NCBI GenBank assembly: GCA_907165135.1
Contig: OU015566.1
Span: 7,688,001 to 7,752,000 of the forward strand
DNA length: 64,000 nucleotides
Direction: 5' to 3'
Source: Oikopleura dioica
Taxonomy: Eukaryota > Animalia > Chordata
Under the pieces are notes generated by a model. The model had not been told where the DNA came from. It made no database searches and saw nothing but the letters and a program-made list of their open reading frames with translations. Positions 50,477 to 60,136 of this stretch are shown piece after piece. Each line of letters begins with the position of its first letter. The first letter of the stretch is position 1. Position numbers and translations under genes: made by a program.

Positions 50477-52270
50477 ATGATTAAAGAACAAGGATTTTTG
50501 CAGCAAAGTCCTCTTGAGACCAAACCCTGCACAGGTAAACCAGATGATTTCTCTTCCTTGATTTCAATAAATTTAAGTCGTGTTCAAAAATGGAAGAAAA
50601 CTGGCAATTGTGGGACTTGTCCAGCTACTGATAAGCCTCGTCGTCGTCGGATTTGGAGTCGGAAGTTTCTTTCTATGGAAGAAACCTCATTGTGACGCTT
50701 GCCATTATTGGAGACCTGATGATTACTATCGAATAACAGATGGTATCCAAGTCATCTTCCATTATACTACCGAGGATGACAATTCATCTACAGAAGCTCT
50801 CACTACTCCTTCGCCAACGATGTTTACAGCTGAGCAAAATGAACTGATGGCTTTTTTGATTGTTCAAAAAACGACTGTAAATTATCAATTGCTTCAAACA
50901 TATCATCAGCAAAAGTTCTAAAATGTCTTCTCTGACTACATAAAAACCAAACCTTAGCTGTCTTCATGTAAAAATTGAACGATATAATGAACTTTATGAA
51001 AGCTTCAAGAGGTAGAAGACCTTCTGATGGACCGAATCCCTGAATTGAATCAGCCTGACTGGATGAAGTACCTGAAACCCTACATTCTTCAAAAATATGA
51101 GACAAGCGTAAATCAACTTGACGCTGATTGGCAAAATGACCCAGCTGCGGCGGTAATTCTTGAAACTTCTGAAGAGGACTATGTCGGGTCTGGCGAAGAA
51201 CAGGGATCAGGTATTTATACTGTTGCTATTGAAAGCGAGTTACAGTATGATTTGGGCCTCTTGAATAGGACCCGCAGCTGAATAAAGCATAGTTTGTGCA
51301 TAATTAGGGCGCTGAATCGAAGACCTCATTTGTTATTGATGCGATGATATTTAGAAGATGAGATCCTTCTGATCATGAAATCCAGTTGAATATTAAATTG
51401 AAGAACAAGCAACCTTACTATCAATAGAATTCTTGATGACGCTCCCTTATTCTGATTATTTTCAGGCTACGTCAACAAAAGACAACTTCGAAATTTCGCA
51501 TATCAACTCGAGTATCCTGACAAAATCAGCGAAATTTCAGAAATTGTCTCCCGCGCTATTCAAGGTTCGCTCTCTTTATTGAAAATAATGATTAAAATAA
51601 ACATCAGAGGAAGAAAATGAAGAGTCTGGCTCTGGATCGGAAGCTTATGAATTCGAAGAGCCCAAGCCTTCTATTTCTAGTTCTTACAGTGATTACCCAC
51701 TTTTATGCCGTCTTGGTAATCACGAAAACGTCCGTATTGCTCGTGTCCTGGTAGTTATTACTTTATGTTCGGTTTCCTTTCCTGTGATTGCGGCGCTTTT
51801 TGGGCTAGTTTCTGGATGCATGCTGAACAAAAAACACAAAAAGTAAGAGCTGTTGTCAAACTCATGAAATCATCTCGCTATTTCAGAAACCTGAGCGTTC
51901 TTCAACCCCCGCTTCCAAAAGGAGCTTCCATTTCATACATCGTCTTGTCTACTTTTGCCACATTCTCAGGTTCCATCATCATTTCTCCGAATCGAGAGTC
52001 TTATCAAAATTTAACAACAACAAACCTTCAGACCTTTATCTTATAATCATCGGTGCAATTTTTCTTCACGAAGTTCTTTTCAAACTTTCGCCAGAGGAAG
52101 GAGCCGCAAAATTTGTTCTATCAATCACTTTTTGGATCTTTCTCCTATTTGGGTTTTTGGTGAATTTGACGGTCGTGGTTTACGGGATGATGTGCTCATG
52201 CTGCTTCGACAGTGTTGATTTTGTGCGAAAATGCTCCGCTGAGAATGGACACGACCAAAAGCCCGGTTGA
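50477..52270 (+). CDS. Four-pass membrane protein with a large extracellular loop carrying acidic Ser-Gly motifs
   Basis: Spliced translation: TM1 LAIVGLVQLLISLVVVGFGVGSFFLW; a loop containing DYVGSGEEQGSG and EESGSGSE; TM2 VLVVITLCSVSFPVIAALFGLVSGCML; TM3 ISYIVLSTFATFSDLYLIIIGAIFL; TM4 FVLSITFWIFLLFGFLVNLTVVVYGMM; stop at 52270. One intron uses a GC donor. Confidence 0.72.
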
Positions 52271-52355
52271 CTACCATTTCAAAAAAGCCAAAATAATCCG
52301 CGCCCTAAATGAAAAAGTATTCAACCAAAATAAGCGAGCAAAAAGCACCTTCTCC

Positions 52356-52927
52356 ATGTCATTTTCAAACAAGGTAAAATACAATTCTAGCGGTGTCCAA
52401 AGACTCGATTTGGACATCCAATTCGGTCAGGGATCGATTTCCCTCCGCTCAACTACAGTCTGGAACAGGCAGTCTAGCCGCACGAGCGGCGCGGCATATC
52501 AAGTGCCAAATTCGTTCATGGACGCAACTCTCAGGATCAACACAAAATTGACAAGCAATGAAAAATTTTGTAAAAACGGTAATTATTTAGACTTTCCCTA
52601 CACTGGCAACACCGATGAATTCAGTCATGTCATTTCACTCTTGCCCTCCTTACATGCAGGAGGTAAGTCGTACTCGTTGTTGATTCCAATTTTTTAAGAG
52701 AATAATAAATATATTCTTCTTATTTTCAGTCTAACCCTGTTTTCACCGACTGGAGTCTCTTCCAAAACCAAGAAACTCTCCCCGCTCCGGAAGACGAAGA
52801 AATCATTTTGGGTAAAACTCACACGCCAAAATCTCGACTCGAAGAAATCCCACCCTTTCCCCTTGACGAATCTATTCAAGATGACCCACCCAAAGATGAG
52901 AATATGACAGTAATAAGTCAAGAATAA
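52356..52927 (+). CDS. Uncharacterised protein immediately downstream of the 4-TM gene
   Basis: Part of ORF 52212-52697, with ATG 52356 lying 86 bp after the previous stop, plus an acidic Pro-rich last exon (SNPVFTDW...ISQE-stop). The splice phase needs a non-GT donor or an indel. Confidence 0.4.
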
Positions 52928-52997
52928 TTACTTTGTAGAAAGCTGTATATTTGTAAATAAACACTTGTTTGTTTCAATCGATTTTAATTTATCAGAT

Positions 52998-53665
52998 TTA
53001 TCGAGCAAGTCTTCTGCCAATAATCGCACCGCCAAGAGCATGGCCGTTTCTAGCGCCGATAGCAGCTCCAACTAGAGCGCCTCGATTTCTTCGTCGAGCT
53101 CGCTCAGCTTCCATCTGCGCTTGAGTCGGACCAGTTCCGATGATGATCACGTCTGGGGCTCGCGATTGACTCTGACTTGGGGGCTGTTGGGGTTGAGCCT
53201 GGTTGGGTGGGTAGGGAGGCTGCTGGGCAGGGGGATATTGAGGATAACCAGGCTGAGAATAGGGCTGGTAGTTCTGAGGTGGATATTGATTTTGCTGAGG
53301 AGGGTAGTAAGGAGGAGGAGCAGAAGCTGCGGCGAGATATGGCATATCATATGCCGGATTCGCAGCTGGCGGATTTGATTGCGCTTCTGCGGCGGAAGCT
53401 TCCATGGCTTTTTTAGTATCCTCTATGTTTTCAATTTTAATGAAAGAAGGAGAATTGAACTGTTACCTTCGAATTGCTTGTCTGCAGCTTCCTTTTGCTG
53501 CCGTCTTTTCTCTTTTTCGTAAGCCTCTCGCTCTTTTGCTTTTTTGTCTTGTCGATGTTTGACTACTCCGGCTTTTGATGATTTTAACACTTTTGCGTTA
53601 GATTTTTACTCATTCTTACCAACCGCCGCGGCCTTGAGAAGTTTTCCGTCGCCGAAAAGACCCAT
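52998..53665 (-). CDS. Pro/Gln/Tyr-rich low-complexity protein with C-terminal glycine-zipper motif; 3 exons
   Basis: MGLFGDGKLLKAAAV|AGVVKHRQDKKAKE...QFE|EDTKKAMEASAA...PPPYYPPQQ...GALVGAAIGARNGHALGGAIIG. Both introns are canonical and in phase. Confidence 0.75.
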
Positions 53666-54332
53666 TTTTACGAAATAATAATTTTTGGTGCAATCACTCG
53701 AAATCCCGTGCTATTTGAAGGAGCGACAAGCAAATTTGCATAACAGTGACAAATAGTCTAATTCATTAATAATTGTGCTGAATCATTTCATTTCCGTGAC
53801 TTTTTTTTATAAAAAGTGAGGAAAGAAAATCATGTTCGGTAATGAGTTCATTTTAGTGCACCAGCAACTGGCAAATTTCCGCAAAAATGTTTTCCTAGGT
53901 GATCAACGATCGTCTTAGGAGCGCGGGTTTAGAAAATGATGTGGAAGTCATCAGACGTGTTTTTACAGGAATAATCTGTTTACTGGAGTTTCGAATACTC
54001 TACCGCAAGAAAAATGAAAAAAAGCTAACTCAGCTCATTTTTCAGACGAATTTGTAAGTATTATAAAAGGATAAACATCATTTTATGAAGGTAAATGACA
54101 GATAAAACTTGTCAGATGGTTACTCGTAGAATTATTGCAGCTTCCGTTTTCGTTTTTTCTTTCTCGGTCGAAGGGATTCTCGTGTAACGCTGATTTCCTC
54201 TGGTTGAAGTCGATATTCTACAGCCCGGTTGTCTTCAGATTTCTTCTTGTCCGACTTGATCGTAAAATATTGGGATCCTTAATCGTAAGATTTATGTTTT
54301 TTCTTTATTATGAACGGGCCATTCAGAATGGC

Positions 54333-54936
54333 CTAATTATTACCTCCTTTTTTGAATAAAAGGCGAGCGCGTTCCTTGAATGACTTCTTGTCTGGTTCAG
54401 CGGGGAAGAAAGCGGAAAAATCCTTCTCTACTTCTTTTTTGAATCGGCTGGTCACCTTGCATCCTTTCTGTCCGTAGTAATGGTTTCTTTTCAAATAGTC
54501 AATGTCCTCTCTGGTCACTGCTCCGAGCTCGACGAGTTTGTCTTCAGCTTCATCACGGGACAGCTTCATTTTTTGATTGACGTTACCAGATGAATCAGTC
54601 GTAGCTTCTTTTTCAGACGGAGTTCGTACTTTTCTTTGCGGCTTCTTTGGGAAGCTCTGGGATCCTTAAAAATTTAAAAATTCGACTTTCAAATTTTTTA
54701 TGATTTACCTCCAGTTTTGAAAAGCCTCAGAGCTTTTGCATTGAAGTATTTACTGTCCGGCTCAGCAGGAAAAAATGGAGAAAAGTCCTCTTTGACCGTC
54801 TTAAGGAATCGTCTCGTGATGGCGCATTTTCCTTGCCAAAATGGTGATCCTTCTTCGACTTTTCAATTTGTTCTCTTGTAGTTTTTCCAAGCATGATCAG
54901 CGTCTCTTCGGCGTCGACCAAAGAAAGATTCATCAT
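54333..54936 (-). CDS. Orphan protein made of two tandem copies of a ~75-aa unknown domain
   Basis: Copy 1 is LSLVDAEETLIMLGKTTREQI...DFSPFFPAEPDSKYF and copy 2 is LSRDEAEDKLVELGAVTREDI...DFSAFFPAEPDKKSF. They are joined in frame by a GT-AG intron at ~54665-54708. Copy 1 has a 1-nt frameshift at T-run 54826-54829. Confidence 0.75.
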
Positions 54937-56419
54937 TGGAGGGAATTTGCTTGTTCAAGTGGTTCCGACGAATTGATATCGCTTTATGATGGCACCTCGG
55001 TTTTAGGCACCCACCTCGAGCAAAAGCTTCTTTCTCATTGGCAGAAGAAAAATATGCAGAATGAGGTTGGTTTAATCCAACCTCAGAGCGACCCATTTTC
55101 CGGAGCTGGCATTTTTCACCTGCGCGCCTTCCTCGTCCCCCGCTTTGCTCTTGTTTCACAATGTTACTACAGCTCAAAAGTGTTTCTCTCAAAAATGCAG
55201 ATCAATTAGCGATTTAGAGGATCATGCAGATTTGTCATTCAACCGTAGCTCGTATCTTTTTCGGCCAAGTTCGCTGTAAAGCGGTCTCTTTGAAGATCAA
55301 GCCCTTTTTCAAAGATAAGTTTAGTTCATTATTCTTTGGCAAAAGAAATACAGTCATTTCTATCATCACTGGGTGGACTCTTGACCATGGCAAGTAACGT
55401 CTGCACTTGATTAAGTTACACATACACGTCAAGAACTTCTTGTAGACAGTTTTAAAAGAATTTTGAGGACAGAAAGTAAACAGCTCTTATCAAACCAATC
55501 TGAAGTTGTCTAGCACCGTTTGCACTCGAGATATTTACAAAAATCGGAACTGCATCAGGGCCTTATCCCATATCTTCTGTATATTATTGTGTAACCGCGC
55601 AAAGAGCTTGCTTGAAAGAGCTTCAACAAATATAGCTAAAAGAAGAGTTCTGCAGGAAAAGGAAAAGGTTGATAATCGCCCGGAAAAGAGGGTTTAGAAA
55701 CAAGCACCTTGAAGTACTTTGCTACGGGAAATCAGAAACACCCTGCAACGTTTTTCTTCAAGAGGCTGAAACTCTGCCTTTTGTGGTCACTCGGACAATC
55801 TAGCTCAGTGACGGCAAGTTTTCGTAATTTAGAATTCTGTAATTGCCCCCCCCCCTTATGTAAGAAAGGAAGTGGACGAAATTTGTTTTAACTCCTTTTG
55901 CCAGACTAATAACTGATCACAATAAACCTTATTGAGTAAAATAAAGTGAACAGGGCATTGAAACTTGAGTAGTTCAAATTTTGAGCATTTTGTTATTAAT
56001 AAAACAAGCTGTAAACAAAATAATTCTAATAAGACCAGGAGCAGCTTGCAACGCGCAAGATAAGCAAAATGTTTGTCGTCGATTTTGTCATTTTATAATT
56101 ACTTTCGACATACTGTTGCAAGAAAAAATAGGGCAAAGAAAAAGTTTGTCCTTGAAAAATTTAGGTAGGGTCTATCTTATAAGTGCTAGACAAAGGTACT
56201 GCTAGACATGCAATTTAATGGTAAAATTCGTTGCGTCAGGGTCAAAATCCAAAGCACCGCAGAGCAGTCATTCTAAATCGAGCGGGCGACCACCTGGCTC
56301 ACCCCTCCGCAGCGGCTGGTTCATTTGACTCGTCATCCTTTCAAATGGAACATCGCATTACGGCAATCGCGGAGGAAACGATGTACGACACTCTAAATGA
56401 CTTCCAAAGGCCATTCTTA

Positions 56420-56778
56420 TTAAGAAGAGCCTCCGAGAATCTTTCCCCAGGATAAAAACCGCGTTTGTTTTTGCCAAAAGATGTCCGTTGATTCTTTCCA
56501 ACTCAAGAGGAGCAAGTCCAATTCAACACATCTAAACCCTTCTTTTTCTAACAAAAAATTCTTCTCCGAAAACTCAAGACTGCCAGAAAAGAAAGAGTAA
56601 ACTGCCCTCATTTGTCAGAAAACGAGCGGATGATCCACTTGACAGGCTCAATGAAAAAGGCCTTTTCCGGCTCTGATTTCAGAATTGAGCCGTTGATCGA
56701 ACAGTTGAACATTTCATACCAACCTGTCGCGGGTGCTCCAGAGTGCTCCTTTTGATCTTTTTGGGTGAATTGATTCAT
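56420..56778 (-). CDS. Small two-exon orphan protein (~105 aa)
   Basis: From ATG 56778, MNQFTQKDQ...KWIIRS is joined by a ~42-nt GT-AG intron to LEFSEKNF...GGSS-stop. Confidence 0.5.
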
Positions 56779-57474
56779 GGAGGAATTTGACGGTCTTTCC
56801 GGCAGTTTTTAAAAGAACTTATGTACTGAGAATTTCGAAAAAGTACTTATTATGCAATTTTTGAATATCTTGGATATCTAGTTGAAAATTTCAGTTATTT
56901 TTTTGATTGATTTTTAGAAATCAAGCTTAATTTTCTCAGAATTGAAAAGTAAGCGCTTATTGAAGACCATTTCTATAGTCAATAATTCTTCTTGTGAACC
57001 TGGTTGGTTACCGAAATTGTCACCGCTGAATTCATGTTTTTCTCGCAAGAAAATTTCGCGCCCAAGAGCATCTTAGAAAAGAGCCCCCGATTATTCGTAT
57101 TTTTCGCGGAAGTTCGCATAAAGCCGGAGTGGCAATTCTTTGCTCTTTTAGAGTGCCGAAAGAGGAAATGAGCCAGTGACGCTGAAAGGGATCAAATTGA
57201 GCAGTTTACTTCCGAGTTAGCCGCTGAAAATGATAGTCCACTAAAGGGGCGATTATTGACGCTAGAATCTTTGTTTTGATGAAGTTAGACAGTCATCTTT
57301 GACGTAAGATTCAGGAGTTGAAATTAATGAAAAAATTTCTAGATCAATTTTTTGATTTTTATATTGATTGCCAATTTGATAACCCAGTCTAACCAAACTG
57401 GACTTGCAAGGTCTTATTTTCATAAAGACTTTCAAAAGAGATTTACATATATTTAAGTACTTGAAGTATCGAAG

Positions 57475-58221
57475 ATGGTAGGGATCATGCCAGAAGAGCT
57501 TGCCGAGGCAATGTCAAAAGGAACTACCAAGGTAAAGCAAGGTGGGGAATTCCGAATGCTGACTTTCGACGAGTTCGCCAAGGCCCATGAAATGTTTGGA
57601 CATCAAAAAGCATCCAGGACAGAACTCAAAATCAGTGCTCAATATAATTTTTTTTAGCAAAAACTAAGTTGAAAATTTCGAGCTTTTATAAAGAATGTTG
57701 TTTTTTCCAGGCCGCGGTGCGATAGAAGTTGGTTTTCAAGACGAAAAGATGCATAAACTCTTACTTGACCAACTTGATTACAAGGCATGTGAATGCTGCT
57801 GTCCTCTTTGCCCTAAAACTGAGAAAAATCTGATGTGGGGAAAGTCAAGAATAAACACATAGTTGAAATGGTGAAGAAATGCAACCCAGGAAAAAACGAG
57901 TTCCGACCATTGACTTTCGCTGAATACGCCAAGTACCATAAAATATTGGGACACGAGAAGGCCTCGAGAATGGTGGTGATGCCTCACGGACCAATGGAAA
58001 TACCATTTCCAGATGAAAAAACACACAAGATCTTCCTCGACCAGCTGGACTACGCTGCCTGCGACTGCTGCTGTTCTCTCTGCCCACACAGCTCTGACGA
58101 AGACGAATATGATGATGGTCAAGAAACTGCTAAAGAAACCGCCGAGAAAGAAGAAAAGCCGCTTGATTTTAATATCTTCTACAGCTGCTTCCAATATTTC
58201 TACAAAAACAAAACTGATTAA
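57475..58221 (+). CDS. Orphan protein (or tandem gene pair) with two copies of a domain ending in CxCCCxxCP
   Basis: Copy 1 is EFRMLTFDEFAKAHEMFGHQKASR...DEKMHKLLLDQLDYKACECCCPLCP, with one GT-AG intron. Copy 2 is EFRPLTFAEYAKYHKILGHEKASR...DEKTHKIFLDQLDYAACDCCCSLCP plus an acidic tail. The two frames are offset by 1 nt at A-run 57824-57828. Confidence 0.75.
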
Positions 58222-58899
58222 AAAACACTAATAAATTCGACAGCAATTATCAAATACCGCGAATATTCTTTTCTTGCCTCTTTCTCTTTTTCTTCATTAG
58301 AGAGAGATCAAACTCAATCACGTTTAGAAACTAGCACGTGGTTCTGGAAATAAAATCTTCATCCTTCTGCCGGGATTATCCCTTGTTGATCTCGGGTATT
58401 GATCACCTTATGCAAGGGCTTTAAGTCCAGATAAACTAATAGATTGACGTATAATTAGAGAATGAAGTTGAATTTCAGCTTCTTATCAAAACACATTCCA
58501 GAGCCGATTTAAATAATTGCCTTAAAATTCGCCTTGAAAACTTAATGCAAAATAGGTGACAAAAACGAACACTTTTTTTTAAATTTATTTAAAAATTCTT
58601 TAAATTTTTTCACCTGAGTTTAAGATCTTGGTCAGCAATTTCAAACAACGGCTTAGCATCATATTTATTTACGGGACAGCATTCTGCCTGTAACACCTGG
58701 CCAGAACACTTTGTTGGTGCCGTTCTTCATAAACAAAAAAGTGTTGACCACAGTTTCAATGGAACACTACAGTAAATTTTCATAGGTGCAGCAAAAATTA
58801 TAATGACTAGGGTTCAAAACTCTGGTTTTCAAGCTTCTTTTTCAATCATTTTCCTTAGAAATCAATCCTTGAAAATGATTTTCATGTTAATTTTCGAAT

Positions 58900-59320
58900 A
58901 AACACGGTAGTTGAGGACCATCTTTGAAGACTCCGCAAGGGATGATTCCTGTGGTAATTGGCAGCATTATTTTGCGAATCGGAAACCTCGCAACGTTCCC
59001 TCGCTTTTCCCCAAAACCTCATTCGACTTTTCACAATTTTAACCAGAAGCTATTTCCTCGAAAAATTAAAAGTAAAAATATTTACGAAAAACTCTTGGGT
59101 CAACCAGAATTTACAAGGAAATCGACAACGACGGTTTTCTCATTTTCGACTTTCGGAAAGGAACTTTTACAGATGGGATTAGCAGTGTTGGAACATATGT
59201 TTCTCCGCGTTTCCTTGTCCGTAAGACATCGGTTTTTTCCATTGTCTTGCGGACTGAGGTTAAATAAACGTGTGAGGCTGATTTTTTCAGATTGGCTACT
59301 ACTAAATATTTACTGCTGCG
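58900..59320 (-). pseudogene. Possible degenerate Cys-containing extracellular-domain gene
   Basis: Exon-like frames ...NRCLTDKETRRNICSNTANPICKSSFP...VDFL|LLVKIVKSRMRFWGKARERCEVS... with frame breaks. The resemblance to a C-type lectin is weak. Confidence 0.25.
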
Positions 59321-60041
59321 AAAAAAATGCTTCGTTGAACGAAGAATTCTGTTCTTTTCATACAGAATTTATTTAAATAACTAAGAGGAGAACTTGAGTA
59401 TAAAGTTGGCCTATTAATGAAATATAATTTGTTCTGGCTCACTTTTCTAAGCTGTCTCATATTTGTTCAGAACAAGTTGTTCGAGGACTAAGTCTGATTA
59501 TCACACTTAGTTAGACGAAGCTGTTTTCACCTCGTGTTAAAAATACCCGAGAAATAGGGCGATACTATAAAGTTTTGTCCGTATTGCGGTCTCAACATTA
59601 AAGCCCATTAAACGGGTTAAGTTTAGGGTTAGGGCTTTCAATAACGATATTTTGACTTCGGATATTTAATTTCTTGAGACTCGTCCCCAACGATTTTCCC
59701 GAAATCAGCCATTTTTGACCGGCGCTCATGATGACAACTTCAGACTCAATTTTAAGGGGTTTTGACTGCGGATGAGAAAAATTCTGAGCACCTTTTTGTA
59801 GCTCATGAACTGAAGAATCCAAACCCTGAAAGAAATTTAAGGAATTCCGACTTTGCAAAATTGTTCGGGTTCCCCTTAATAATAAACCTTTTTATAAGCT
59901 TAAATCTTGTAGATAGCAATTATAATTGTGTTCAAAAAAGTATATTACATTTCTACTTTGACATCTAAATTTTGCTTATACTCATTAACTTGCGATATTT
60001 TCAATACATATAAAACGTGTATCGCGTTTGATATTCTGAAT

Positions 60042-60136
60042 CAGGGTGGGGAATGTCTTAAGAAAATTCAACGGCACCGGCACGGCACGGCACACCAAAA
60101 ATTCCTGTGCCGTGCCGTAGACCTTTCCCCACCCTG
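60042..60136. mobile_element. 95-bp minimal hAT-type MITE
   Basis: 12-bp perfect TIR CAGGGTGGGGAA / TTCCCCACCCTG. Perfect 8-bp TSD ttctgaat at 60034-60041 and 60137-60144. Internal 13-bp inverted repeat acggcacggcaca / tgtgccgtgccgt. Confidence 0.9.

Noticed and set aside
50990-51005. Apparent frameshift in the 4-TM gene (ELYE/KLQEVED)
   Set aside because: A canonical phase-0 GT-AG intron (~50878-51002) joins the frames without any indel.
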